DNA of 64,000 bases from the human T2T-CHM13v2.0 reference genome, Homo sapiens. Shown here piece by piece: positions 1 through 14,826 of the stretch (positions are counted from its first letter, which is position 1; each line of letters begins with the position of its first letter). A program made the position numbers and the translations under genes. The notes beneath the pieces were generated by a model. It was not told where the DNA came from, did not search any database, and saw only the letters and a list, made by a program, of their open reading frames with translations. The stretch lies in the NCBI RefSeq assembly GCF_009914755.1, contig NC_060929.1; one strand, 5' to 3'.

Positions 1-66
1 ATCTTTCTCCTCCACCTCCCTCCCTCTTTCTTTTCTTTCTCTCCCTCCTCCTATTTTTCTCTTCTT
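1..66. repeat. CT-rich low-complexity tract
   Basis: Nearly pure polypyrimidine sequence at the window start. Confidence 0.7.
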
Positions 67-289
67 CAACTTGTCCAGTTCTATCAAGTTTTCTAAATTT
101 TTTATTATGGCAAAGTAAGTAGAATAATGCAAACATATGCAAAATAAGTAGAATAATATAATGAATTACAAGGGAATACCCATGTTCTCATCACCCAGTT
201 TCTGAAATAATCATCATGCTGCCATTCTTATATCATTTTTAGTTTTATACACTTTAAAACCTGACTCTCAGTTATTTTATAATACTTTC

Positions 290-860
290 TGAAGTGAAAT
301 TTATTTACTTGGAAATACACAAATGTTAGCTGCACAATATTAAAAAATAGATATACCTTAGTAACCTCACTCCTCTATCATCATATAGAACATTGTGTCT
401 CCCTACAAAGACCCCAAGTGTTCTCTGGTCAATCCTCACCTCCCAAGACAATCACTTGTCTGATTTTTTTAAACAATGGAATTATTTTGCCTCTTCTAGA
501 ATTTCATATAAAAAGAGTTAAAGAATATGTACTCTGTTGTATCAGGCTTCTTTCACCCATCAAAAATGTCTGTGAGATTCATCCATGTTGTGTGTATCAG
601 TAGTTCATTCTGTTTATTGCTGAGGAGCAGTCCATTGTGTTAATTTATCACATTTTCCTATTATGGATATTTGAGTTTTTATATTCTCAGCATTTCTCTT
701 GAATATATAGCCAAGAGCATAAGTGATTGGTTAAAGGATAAATGTATGTTCAGCTTGAAGATAAACTGTCAAAACTTTTCTTCGAAGGGTTATAACATTT
801 TACATTCCCAACAGCAATAAATGAGAGTTCTGTATCTCCAACATTTGATGTTGTCAGTTG
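290..860 (-). mobile_element. Old L1M (L1ME/L1MC-like) 3' fragment
   Basis: Antisense L1M 3' motifs such as gagattcatccatgttgtgtgtatcagtagttcattc and cattttacattcccaacagcaa. Confidence 0.7.
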
Positions 861-869
861 GGTCTTGTC

Positions 870-2415
870 TATTGAATGTAATTTACATACAATAAACTTT
901 AATCTGTGAGTTTGACAAATGCAAAGAATTATGTAACCACTACCATAATTAAGATATGGGATATCTCAATCACTCAATAAAGTGTCTTAAGATCCTCTGT
1001 AGTAAACCTTTCCTTAGACTCTGGAGACTACTGAGAAGTCTTCAGTCCTCATATTTTTGTCTTTTGCAGAATGTTATGTAAATGGAATCACATCGTATGT
1101 ATCCTTTCGTGTCTGACTTCTTTCATTTAGAAAAATGCAGTTGCAATTCACCCATATCAGCACATATATCAGTAATTTGTCCTTTATTTTTGCTGAGCAG
1201 TTTTCCATGTAATAGTTTTCCATTCACCTGTTGAAGGACATTTGCGTTGTGTTCAGTTTTTGCCAATTATGAATAAAGCCACTATAAACATGTGCATACA
1301 GGACTTTATGTGAACATAAGTTTTTATTCCTCTTGGACAAATGCCTAGGACTTGATTATAGGTTGTGTGGTAAGCATATGTTTAACTATACGAGAAACTG
1401 CCAAACTGTTTTCCAAAGTGACTAAAGCATTTTGCATTCCCACCAACAATGTTTCAGGATCCCAGTTGCTCTGCAACTACATCACCACTTGGTACAGTCA
1501 GTTTAATTATTTTTTAAAATTTTTAGTTATTTCAATAGGTATATAGAGTTATTTCATTACAGTTTTAATATCATTTTTCTAATTGACTAATGCTGAACAT
1601 CTTTTTATGCTTTAATTGCTATCTACGTGTCCTCTTTGGTGAAATATCTGTTCAAATTGGTTGCTCAGTTTGTATTGCATTTTTGTTTCCTTTATATTTT
1701 CTAGATACAAAACATTAAAACATTTTAACCCCATCTATGTTTTAAATTTTCAGTATCTTCATAGTGTTTTTCCTAAAGCAGACATTTTAAATTCTGTTAA
1801 AGTCTAATTATCAGTTAAAGTCCAACTATCAATGTTTCCTTTTACAGACTGTGGTTTTTGTTTGTTTGTTTCTTTGTTCTTATCACATCTGATAAATTTT
1901 CACTCAAGTAAAGGGCATTGAGATTTTTTCTTGTATTTTCTCCTAAGAATTTTATGGTTTTAAGTTTTAGATTTATGTTTTTATCCATTTTTAGTTTTCT
2001 GTGCCATGAGACATGAGGCACAGGCCAATGTTCTATTTGTTGCATGTAGTTATGTTGAATCACTCTATTTGTTGAAAACAGAGCCTTTCTCCATGAATTG
2101 CCTTTGTACAATTGTAAAAATTCAACTGACCATATATGTGGGCATTTACTTCCACACTATTCTGTTTCTTTTATCTATGTGTGTCTATTCTTCCACTGAT
2201 AACACATTGTCTTGGTTATTGTAGCTTTTTAGTAAGTTTTGAGATTAGAGAATGTGAATCATCTTTAACTTTTTCAGCATTGATTTGGCTATGCTATTTC
2301 CTTGGCATTTTCATATACAGTACATTTTAGAATAAGCTTATCAATTGTTTAGAGTTATGTCACATCTTATACCAATTTGGAAATAAGTGACATCTTAAAA
2401 ATATTGAGTATTTCA
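870..2415 (-). mobile_element. Old L1M (L1MC/MD-like) 3' UTR and ORF2 end; host element that continues at 4889-5945 and 8793-10880
   Basis: Antisense ORF2 3' motifs (gagaaactgccaaactgttttccaaagtg, ttcaactgaccatatatgtggg); minus ORF 1842..2111 gives an L1 ORF2-like peptide (LKLKTIKFLGEN). Confidence 0.75.
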
Positions 2416-4870
2416 TAAAATACTGGCAAACAGAATCCAGCAGCACGTCAAAACGCTTATCCACCATGATCAAGTCGGTTTCATCCCTGGGAGGCAAGGC
2501 TGATTCAACATATGCAAATCAATAAACATAATCCATCACATAAACAGAACCAATGGCAAAAACCACATGATTATCTCATAGATGCAGAAAAGGCCTTCGG
2601 TAAAATTCAACACCCCTTCATGCTAAAAACTCTCCATAAACTAGGTATTGATTGAACATATCTCAAAATAATAAGAACTATTTATGACAAACCCATAGCC
2701 GATATCATACTGAATGTGCAAAAGCTGGAAGCATTCCCTTTGAAAATCAGTATAAGACAAGGATGCCCTCTTTCACCACTTCTATTCAAAATAGTATTCA
2801 AAGTTCTGGCCACAGAAAGAAATAGGCAATCAGGCAACAGAAAGAAATAAAGGGCATTCAAATAGGAAGACAGGAAGTCAAATTGTTTTTGTTTGCAGAT
2901 GACATTGTTATATATTTAGAAAACCCCATTGTCTCAGCTCAACAACACCTTAAGCTGATAAGCAACTTAAGCAAAGTCTCAGGGTACAAAATCAATGTGC
3001 AAAAATCACAAGGATTCCTATACACCAATAATAGACCAGCAGACAGCCAAATCATGAGTGAACTCCCATTCACAATTGCTACAAAGAGAATAAAATATTT
3101 AAGAATACAACTTAACAAGGGACGAGAAGGACGTCCTCTAGGAGAACTACAAACCACTGCTCCAGGAAATAAGAGATGACACAAACAAATGGAAAAACAT
3201 TTCATGCTGATGGATAGGAAGAATCAATATCATGAAAATGGCCATACTGCCCAAAGTAATTTATAGATTCAATGCTATTCCCATCAAACTACCATTGACT
3301 TTCTTCATAAAACTAGAAAAAACTACTTTAAATTTCATATGGAAGCAAAAAAGAGCCCGTATACCCAAGACAATCCTAATCAAAAAGAACAAAGCTGGAG
3401 GTATCACAATACCTGACTTCAGACTATACTACAAGACTACAGTAACCAAAACAGCATGGTACTGGTACCAAAACAGATATATAGGCCAATGGAACAGAAC
3501 AGAGACCAGAGAAATAATACCACACATCTACAACCATCTGATCTTTGACAAACCTGACAAAAACAAGCAATGAGGAAAGGATTCCCTATTTTATAAATGG
3601 TGCTGGGAAAACTAGCTAGCCTTATGCAGAAAACAGAAACTGGACTGCTTCCTTATATCTTTTACAAAAATTAACTCAAGATGAATTAAGACTTAAATGT
3701 CTTTAATAAAACCGTAAAAACCCTAGAAGAAAACCTAGGCAATACCATTCAGCACACAGGCATGGGCAAAGACTTCATGATTAAAACACCAAAAGCAATT
3801 GCAACAAAAGCCAAAATTGACAAATGGGATCTAATTAAACTCAACAGCTTCTGCACAGCAAAAGAAACTGTCATCAGAGTGAACAGGCAACCTACAGAAT
3901 GGGAGAAAATGTTTGCAATCTATCCATCTGACAAAGGTCCAATATCCAGAATCTACAAGGAACTTAAACAAATTTACAAGAAAAAACAAACAATCCCATC
4001 AAAAAGTGGGTGAAGGAAATGAACAGACACATCTCAAAAGATGACGTTTATGTGGCCAACAAACATATGAAGAAAAGCTCATCATTACTGATCATTAGAG
4101 AAATGAAAATCAAAACCACAGTGAGATACCATTTCAAGCCAGTTAGAATGGCGATTATTAAAAAGGAAACAACAGATGCTGGTAAGGATATAGAAAAATA
4201 GGAATGCGTTTACACTGTTGGTGGGAGTTTAAATTAGTTCAACCATTGTGGAAGACAGTGTGGCGATTCCTCCAGGATGTAGAACCAGAAATACCATCTG
4301 ACCCAGCAAACCCATTACTGGGTATATACCCAAAGGATTATATATCATTCTACTATAAAGACGCACGCACATGTATGTTTATTGCAGGACTACGTACAAT
4401 AACAAAGACTTGGAACCAACCCAAATGCCCATCAATGATAGACTGGATAAAGACAATGTGGCACATATACATCATGGAATACTATGCAGCCATAAAAAAG
4501 AATGAGTTCATGTCCTTTGCAGGGACATGGATTAAGCTGGAAGCCATCATTCTCAGCAAACTAACACAGAACAGAAAACCAAACACTACATGTTCTCACT
4601 CATAAGTGGGAGTTGAACAATGAGAACACATGAACACAGAGAGGGAACATCACATACCAGGGCCTGTCAGGGCACGGAGGAGCAAGGCGAGGGAGACCAT
4701 TAGGACAAATACCTAATGCATGTGGGTTCAAACTTAGATGACAGGTTGATAGGTGCAGCAAACCACCATGGCACGTGTATACCTATGTAACAAACCTGCA
4801 TGTTCTGGACATGAATCCTAGAACTTAAAGTAAAACTCAAAATAAATAAAATAAAATAGAAAAAAAAATT
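2416..4870 (+). mobile_element. 5'-truncated L1PA (L1PA8-like) with degraded TSD
   Basis: ORF2 RT fragments ([32 protein letters not shown]); L1PA8-type 3' UTR (ggacaaatacctaatgcatgtggg); A-rich tail; TSD aaaaatattgagtatttca 2397-2415 vs aaaaatttaagtatttca 4871-4888; many stops and frameshifts. Confidence 0.93.
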
Positions 4871-4888
4871 AAAAATTTAAGTATTTCA

Positions 4889-5945
<1,057 letters not shown>

Positions 5946-5952
5946 TTCATTC

Positions 5953-6323
5953 ATTTAATTGTATAAGTTTAAGATGTCAACATGTTTTATTATATGAAGT
6001 GAAATGATTACTACAGTCAGGCAAATTAATATATTAATAACCTCACATAGTTGCTTTTTTGTGTCAAGAACATCTAAAGTCTATTTTCTTTGCAAATTTT
6101 CTGTGTACCATATAATACTAACTATAGTCCTCATGCTCTACATTAGATCTCCAGACTTATTCACCTTATATAACTGCAAGTTTATACTCTTTGACCTATA
6201 TCCCTCCATTTCCTCCTCTGCCCTCACACTGCTAACCACTGTTCTACTTTCTGTTTCAATGTATTTGACTTATTTTAGATACCACATACAAGTGAGATCC
6301 TACAATATTTTTATCTCTGTCTG
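5953..6323 (-). mobile_element. L1MA (MA9/10-like) 3' end
   Basis: Antisense L1MA 3' UTR (taactatagtcctcatgctctacattagatctccagacttatt). Confidence 0.8.
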
Positions 6324-8792
6324 AAAGGTCTTTACATAATGACTAAAGGGTCAATTCAACAAAAAGATATAACTGTAAGTATATGTGCACCCAATGGCAG
6401 ACTGACTAGCTATATAAAGCAAATATGGACTGATCTGAAAGGAGAAATTGACAGAAATACAATAGCAGTAGGAGACTTCGATGCTCTACTCTCGGTAATG
6501 ATAGAACAGTGAAACAGAAAATCAATAAAGAGTTGACATGAACAACACTGTAGATTAAATGGATTTAATAGACATATACAAAACTTTTCACCCAACAGCA
6601 GAAGAATGTGTATTCTTCTTCAGTGCACACAGAACATTCTCCAGGATAGATCATATGTTAGGTCACAAAACAAGTCTTAACACATTTAATAGGTTTGAAA
6701 TCATACCAAGTATCTTTTCCAACCACAATGGAATGAAACCAGAAATCAACAGCAGGAGAATAGGAAAACTCCCAAATATGTGGAAACTAAATGACACATT
6801 CCTGAAAAACCACGGGTCAAAAAGAAAATCAAAAGAGACTTTTAAAAACCTCAAGATAAAAACAAAAACACAGCTTACCAATACTTACAGGGTGCAGCAA
6901 CAACAGTACTAAGAGGAAGTTTATGATAAAAAAAATCTACACTAAAAAGAGAACAAAGATCTTAATTAAGCAACATATATAAAAGAACTAGAAAAAACTA
7001 AATTCAAAGTTAGCAGGAGGAAAGAAATAATAAAAACTGAAGCAAAAGCAAATCAAATAGAGAATTGAAAAACTATTTAAAAATCAACAAAACTGAGTTG
7101 ATTTTTGAATAAACAAAATTGAGAAACCCTTAGCAGGACTAAGAAAAAGAGAGAAGACTCTAATAAGTAGCCAGAAATTAGTGATATTGCAATGGAAGCC
7201 TCAGAAATAAACATAATCATAAAAGACTATTATAAACAATTACGTGCCAACAAATGGCATGTAACACAGAAGAAATGAATAATTTCTTAAAACATAAAAC
7301 TTACAGAGTAGAAAAACCAATGAACTCAAACCATTTTTTTCCTCTGCTCTTACAATACAACAATAAGCAATACAGAAGCTTTCTGTGACCAAAGGTTTGG
7401 GGATTTCTTCCCATACACCAAGCAAGAAAGCAGGTCTGCAATGGGCACCAGCTGAATGTCCTCCAGTTTAGTTCTGACACTGTCTATCTGGAGAGAGTAT
7501 CAGATCCCACAGGAAGAGGGCTTGGTCCCTCAAGAACCACCACCCTCCCAACCCCGCACTTTCCCATCAATTTCAAGTGTGGGCCTCTGGGACTTCTGAT
7601 GACTGATTTCAAGTTGGGGTTCCCACAATCTCTTCTCTCAGTTCAATTAATTTGCTAGAGCAGCTAGCAGAAATCAAACATGTACTTATGTTTACCAGTT
7701 TATTATAAAGGATATTACAAATAAACAGCCAGATGATGAGATACATAGGGTAAGGTCTGGAAGTGTCCTGAGCACAGAAACTTCTGTCCCTGTGGAGTTG
7801 TGGTGCACCACCCTCCTGGCATGTGGATGAGTTTTTGTTCACATTCCTGAAAGCCTCTGCATGTGCAGCTATCCGGAAGCCCTCCCACCCCAACCCTGTC
7901 CTTTTGGGTTTTTATGAAGGCTTCATTATGTAGGCATGATTGACTAAATCATTGACCACTGATGATCAACTTAATTTTCAGGCCCTCTGCCCTCGCTGGA
8001 GGCTGGGAGGTATAGTTCAAAGTCCAAATCCTCTAATCATGCCTTGGTCTTTCTGGTGACCAGCCCCATCCTGAAGCTACCTGGAGGCTGCCAGCCATTA
8101 GTTAATCATAAGTGTACAAAAAGACATCTCTTTGGAGATTCTAAGGATTTTAGGAAAAGAGTATATTGTATGCCAGGAAATGAGATTGAAGACCAAAAAT
8201 ATACTTCACAACATCACATCTACCAAGACTGAATCAAGAAGAAATAGGAAGCCTGAGCAGATAAATAACAAATGAAGACTGAAGTAGTTATCCAAAACCT
8301 CCCAACAAAGAAAACCTAGAACCAGATCAGATGACTTCATGACTGAATTCTACCAAACACTCGAAGAATCAATACCAAGCTTTCCAATCCTCTTCTCTTC
8401 CCGAAAAATAGAAGTAGAGGGAATATTTTCAAACTCATTTTATGAAGCCTGCATCAGCCTGACATCAAAGCCAGACAAAGATGCCACAGGGAAAGAAAAC
8501 TACGGGCCAATATCTCTGATGAACATAGATGCAAAAATCCTCAATAAAATACTAGCAAACCAAATTCAACAATGCCCCATGACCAAGTGAGATTTATTCC
8601 TGGAATGCAAGGTTGGTTTAACATATTCAAATCAAACGAGGTGATATACCACATGAACAGAATTAAAGATAAAAACCACATGATCATCTCAATAGATGGA
8701 GAGAAAATATTTGATGAAGTTTAACTTCTTTTGTGATTAAAAACTCTCAACAAAATAAGTATAGAGAAAATTTCCTCACTATAATAAAGGTC
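6324..8792 (+). mobile_element. L1MA-type ORF2 fragment (endonuclease to RT), probably the inverted 5' part of the 5953-6323 element
   Basis: ORFs 6559..6912 (DLIDIYKTFHP..FSRIDHMLGHK) and 8339..8590 ([27 protein letters not shown]); joined directly to the antisense L1MA end. Confidence 0.85.
7303..8218 (-). mobile_element. MER21-family solo LTR inserted in L1 ORF2
   Basis: Ends in ..atacttcacaacatcaca (reverse complement of the MER21 5' end TGTGATATTGTGAA); typical internal motifs (ttcaattaatttgctagagcagct); L1 ORF2 resumes on both sides. Confidence 0.8.
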
Positions 8793-10880
8793 TTTTTATA
8801 TATTACTGTATTAGATTTACTATGTTGAAGATTTGTGTCTATTTTCATAAATAAGGTTTGTAAGTAAGTTTTTTTTTGGAATGTCCAGATTTATTGTCAA
8901 GATAATTTTGATTTTAAAAAATATGAGTCCTAAAGTGATTTCTTCTATTTTATGTCCTTAAGGAATTTTTGGCCAGGTACAGTGGTTCAAACCTATAATC
9001 CCAACACTTTGGGAGGCTGAGGCAGGAAGACTGCTTGAGCCCAGAAGTTTGAAAACAGCCTGGGAAACATGGTGAGACCCCAATCTCTACAAAAAATTAA
9101 CAAAATTAGTCAGGCATGGTGGCACACACCTGTGGTCCGCTGCTTGGGAGGCTGAGGCAGGAGGATCCCTTAAGTGAACAAACATTCAAACTTTATCACA
9201 TTTATATGATTTTTCTTTTTGTTTTCTGCTTTGAATTTTGTTTCCTCTGTAATATTTATTATTACATTTCATTTTCTTTGAGTTTACCTTTTTTTTTTTT
9301 TTAGTTTCTTAATGTGAAGACGTAGGTCATTGATTTGAGATCATTCTTCTCATAAGCTTTCATAAAACATAAGCCATATATTAACTGTCTTTCACAAATT
9401 GTTACTGTTTTTGTCTTATTCATTTTTTCTTTTTTTCCTAATTTTCATTGTTACATTTTGTCTATGATTATTTAGAAGTCTGTGTGTTATCTCCAAATAT
9501 TTGATAATTTTTAATATATTTTTTCTTACTGATTGTCAATTTAATTTTACTGTGGCCAGAGGGCATATTTTGTGGAATTTCCATTTTTAAAACATTTGAT
9601 AACCTTATCTGTGGCCCAGAATATGGTCAATTTTGGTGGATGTTCCATGTGCATTTGAAAGGAATGTACATTCTGCTGTTAGGTGAAATGTTTCATAAAT
9701 ATCAATTAAATCAAGTTAGATGATGTATTGTTCAGGTATTTTTTAAATCCTTACTGCTTGTCTGTGGACTTGGTCTAATGATTACTAAGAAAGGAGTGTT
9801 ATTGCCAGTGAAGTCTGTCAATTTGTTTGTTTTTCTTTTTAGTTCTATCAGTTTTGTTTCATGTATTTGCAGCTTTGTTGCTTTGTGCATGCATGTCTGG
9901 GATTTAACCACTTAATCTTTATGTACTGTCTCTCTTTATCCCTAATATTGTTTTAAAGTCTATTTTATCTGATATTAATATAGCCACTCCAGCTTTTATT
10001 AGTGGTTGTGCCATACATATGCTTATTTTCTCGTATCTGACTTTAAAGTCAATCTTTGTGGATAGCGTATAATTGGATCTTACTTTGTAAATCTAATCAG
10101 AGTTTCCGTCTTAATTGGTGTTTAGACTCCCTACATTTCATGTAATTATTGATATCAGTGGACTAAAATCTTCTATCTTGTTAGTAGCTTCTATGTATTT
10201 AATTACATCTTTGTTTTTTCTCTATGCTTTTGGTTTGACTATTTTAAATTTTCAACCTCCTTATATCTTTGTAATTAATGTGTATCTCTTCAGACAACAT
10301 ATAATTATCATATTTTATTCAGTCTGAAAATCTCTGACACTTATTAGGAATGTTTAGTCCAAACTTAAAGTTTTTTTGATATGATCAATTTAAGCCATTT
10401 TGTTATTTGTTTCTATCCCCAACATCTAGGCATCCTCAGGACAGTTTTTTTTTTTTTAACTTTTTTTTTTTTGCATATGGGATATAGTCTTTTGTTTCTT
10501 TTCTTGTCAAAAACTGGACATTTTAAGTACTATACTGTGACAATTCTGGAAATCAAATTCTCTCCACCTTTTCAAGGTTTGTTGCGGTAGTTTCTGTTTT
10601 ATTGTTGTTGCTCTTTGTCTAGTGACTTTTCTGGACTAGTTTTGTGAAGTCTAATTTTCAAATTTGTGTGTGGTCACCAAACTATCTGCTTGGTTAGCTT
10701 AATGGTCAGCTAATGATTGGGCAGGTATTTCCTTAAATGCTTTGAATCAATGCCTCCCCTTCGTTAAAGGGCACTGTCAATTTACAATGCTGGCTTCACC
10801 TTCGCTTTGTGCTTATGCAGAACCTCAAGGTGAGCCAGACGTAAGAAATTTCTGCCTTCTCATGTCTTTCCCTGAGTATC
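8793..10880 (-). mobile_element. Continuation of the old host L1M ORF2 (antisense)
   Basis: Resumes the consensus broken at ~5945 (tttttatatattactg..); gaatatggtcaattttggtggatgttccatgtgcatttgaaa; ctgatattaatatagccactccagcttt. Confidence 0.7.
8971..9176 (+). mobile_element. AluJ, 3'-deleted
   Basis: AluJ diagnostics (gactgcttgagcccagaagtt, gaggatcccttaag); right arm truncated with no tail. Confidence 0.88.
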
Positions 10881-11381
10881 TGTGTTCTGGATCACCTTCC
10901 ATTCATTCATTTGGTGAGGAAGGGGTCACCCCCAATAAATAGCACAAGATGGCTGAAAACATGACAGCTGACACTGGCCAGATGAGATTGACAGCAATTT
11001 ATTAGTGCCACGTATGCCATGTGCAGGAGAGGACACCTCTCACCATGCAGGGCCACACAGGCTTGCACTTGGATAGAGTGAACAAGCAGGGACTTTGGGA
11101 GCTGAGCTTTGCAATAACAAGTGGTTGGGGTGACCTCTGGTTCCCACAGGAGGCTGTGATTGGCTTGTTTGAATGATTTAGCAGGCTGGTAAGGAAGTGA
11201 AATTGGTTAGGTTGAGAACTGAGTGAGGTGCGGCTGGTCCAGATGATAGGGCAAGTCGGTGGGTGGGGAGTCTTTCCTGCTGTTTGGTGGGGAGCACACC
11301 TGGTGAAAGGAGGGGAACTCATAGCTAGGCCTGTCAAGGCAGCATGTGATATTGCATCTTAAATTCAGGTCTTACCCTACA
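10881..11381 (-). mobile_element. ERVL-class solo LTR (MER73/74/88-like)
   Basis: TG...CA termini; antisense poly(A) signal (tttatt near 10998); motif catgcagggccacac; GC-richer than its flanks. Confidence 0.6.
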
Positions 11382-12089
11382 ATTTGCAGATTCCTGCACA
11401 AGCATGTGGCTTTTTAGATCCCCCTCAAATATGCATAAGCTTTTCAAAGTCCCAGTGGACAGATTTTCCTTTTCTATTATTTTACTAGTCCCTTGTTTGT
11501 AAAACTGTTAATGCCCCCCAGGCCACTGAGTTGTTGAAAACTTCAAAGTTAAACAAATGTTGCTTATTATTTTTAACAAACACCCTATGGATAGGGCTTT
11601 TCCCATTGGGTGAATTCTGGTCAGGTCAAACAAATACAAGCCCTGCAAATTGGGTTTTTACAGAGAGCTATCATGTAATTTTTTAGTGACAAGTATTTTA
11701 GGGGACCTTCAAACAAGTTTTGTCCTGACAGTGGCTGCTACTGGTTTTCATAGCTGTCATAGTTGTAAGGCTGATAATTTTCAAGGCTTCCACTAAGCTG
11801 GAAAGACAAGGATGGATATAAGGCGAGTTTATCTACTATTATCTTACCATTCATACCAAGATTCAGCCATATTTCTTGAATAAATGCTCTCACATTGTTG
11901 TAAGACTGATTAAAGAGTTCAGAAAATGTTTATTTTGACTATTTACCACTGTTCTTGGTGTTTTTATGGAGAAAAATGTTTTCAGAGGTTTTTATTCTGC
12001 CAGTTGGAGGTACTTCTCTGTAACTGACTTCCGTAGTTAAGTGAAGGACTTATTCCCAAAAACCTGATTTTAGCTCAGGTTTTATAAAT

Positions 12090-12420
12090 TGCTCAAGTGG
12101 TGCAGAAAAAAATAACAAAAAGAACCACACCTTGATGCATCATATTTAAACAGCTGAAAACCAAAATCAAAGAGAAAGAGACAGTTATTAAGGCATTTGG
12201 AGAGAAAAAAAAAAACTTTACAAAGGAACAATGTTTCTCATCAAAAAGGGTACATATCAGAAGACAATAGAGTGACATCTTTAAAGTGAGGGACAAAACA
12301 AAAAGTCAACCCAGCATTCTATTTTCAGTGAAAATATCTTTCAAAAACAAAGAAGAAAAAAAAATTCTAAAAGATAAAAGCTGAAAGAATTCATTACCAG
12401 GAGAACGCTGAATATTGATT
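12090..12420 (+). mobile_element. Old L1M ORF1 fragment
   Basis: aaccacaccttgatgcatcatatttaaacagctgaaaacc and gaaaatatctttcaaaaacaaag match the L1M ORF1 C-terminal region. Confidence 0.65.
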
Positions 12421-14826
12421 CTATCTATGAAAGTTAAAATAACTTTGCTCTGTTTCTCACAATGTCTTTTTTAAAAATTAAACTCTGTATTTCCAGATAA
12501 ATTCACATGTAGTTTTAAGAAATAATACAGAGACATTCTGTATACTTCATAGCAAATTTTCCCCAAACATAAGATCATGTATAACTATACTACAATATTA
12601 CAACCATAATATTGACATTGGTACAGTCAAGATAAAAAGTAGTTTCATCACCAAAAAGATACCTCATAATTCCTTTTAATAGCAATACCCACCTCCTTCC
12701 ACCATTCCTAACCCTTCATAATAATTAATCTATTTCCCATTTCTACAATTTGCCATCACAAATTTGTTATATAAATGGAATCAACATAACTTTCACAATG
12801 GGCTCTTTACACAGAGCATAATTCTCTCAAGATCGTTGTTGGATGTATTAATAGTTAACTGCTTTATTTCTAATATTCCACATATTCCATGCTACAGATG
12901 TACCACAAGTAATTTACCGATTCACTTGTTCCGAGACATCTGGGTTGCTTCAAGTTTGGGGCTATTTTCAATAAAGGTGTTATGAACATTTGTGTACAGG
13001 TTTTCATGTGAGAATGATTTTATTTCCCTGTGATAAATGTCCCAGAGATCAGTTGCTTTGCTGTGCTGTGTGATACTTGCACATATGGTATGATAGAAAA
13101 CTTCAAACTGTTTTCCAGAGTGGATGTAACATTTTACATCTTTATTAACAATGTAAGATTGGCGCAGTTTCTATATGTATCACCAACATTCTGTGTCATT
13201 GCTATATTTTATTTTAGCCATTTTTAGAGGTGTGCAAAGACACCTCATTGTGGCTTTAATTTGCATTTCCAAAGTATCCTTTCATCTGCTTATTTGTAAT
13301 CTGTATATCCTGTTTGATGGACTTCTCTTCTATCTTTATTTTCTGACTGGACGTTTAGTATTTTTATTTTTGAGTTTTGAGAGTCTTTATATATTCTAGA
13401 TATGATTCCTTGGTCAGTTATTTGGTTTGCAAATATTTTCTCCCATTATGTAGCTTGTCTTTTCATCTTCTTGATGAGATCTTATTCAAGCAAACTGTTT
13501 TAACTTTGATAACATTCAACTTATAAATGTTAACTGTATGGGTAGTGCTTTTGTGTAAAGTCTAAGAATTATTTGCCTACTCCTAGGTCTTGAAGATTTT
13601 TCTCCTGCTTTTCCTTTTTTTCCCCAAAAGTTTTAGTTTTAATTTTACCTTTTACATTTAAGTATGTGGCCCATTATGAGTTAATTTATGTATAAGATGT
13701 GAGGTTTATTTTTAGGTCTTTGTTTATTTTTTACCTATTGATGTTCCAGTTGTTCTAGCAGAAGTCTATTTCTCTTCTACTGAATTACCATGTTCTTCTT
13801 TAAAAATTAGTGGGTCATATTTGTGAAAGTCTATTTTAAGGTTCTCTATTCTACTTAATTGATTTATTTGTCTATGCTTCTGCCAGTACCACACTGTGTT
13901 GAGTACTGTAGCTATATGCAGGTCTCAATTTGGAGGACTCCTCTCATTTTGTTCTTCTTTTTCAAGATGTTGTAGCTATTTTATGGCCCATGTCTTTTCA
14001 TAGAGGTTTTAAAATTAGCATATCAGTATCTATAAAAAGCCTTGCTGGGATTTTACAGGAATTGCATGAAAACTGTAGCTCAATTTAGGAAGAATTGAGA
14101 TCTTTACTATACTAAGTCTTCCAGTCCATGAACATTGGTAGTCTCTCCATTTATTTTGGTCTTCTTCATCATTTTGTAATCTTGCATTTTGTAATTTTGC
14201 AGATATTGATCGTGCGCCTTTTTTATTAGATGTATAATTATTTGGGGGGAGATATTGTAAATGGTGTTGTTTTAAATTTCTGTTTCCTTGTGTTCATTAA
14301 CATATAAAAGCATAATTAATTTTTATGTGTTGATATTATGTATTGTGACTTGACACTTTGCTGGACTCACTTATTAGTTCTAAGAGGTTTGGGGTTTTTT
14401 TGTAGATTTCTTGAGGTTTTCTACATAGATAATTCTGTCATCTTCAAGTAGGAATAGTTTTAGTCCTGCCATTCTAATCTGTATGCCTTATATTTATTTT
14501 TCTTGCCATGTCTATGTCTTAGGAAAAAGCATTTAGTCTTTCACCATTAGACATGATGTTAGTTAGGCTCTTTGTAGAAGTCTTTTATCAAGTTGAGGTA
14601 GTTTCACTGTGTTACTAACTTGTAGTTTTTGTCACGGATGACTGTTGGTTGTTCTAAATGTTTTATCTATGTCAGTTGATATTATCACATGATTTTTCTT
14701 TTTTAGCTTATTGCTGTAGATTATAGTGATTGATTTTTGGATTTTTGGACTGCCTTATATACTTGGAATAAATTCCACTTGACCAGGTTGTGAATCTTTT
14801 TTTTTAATATTATACATTTTTGAATT

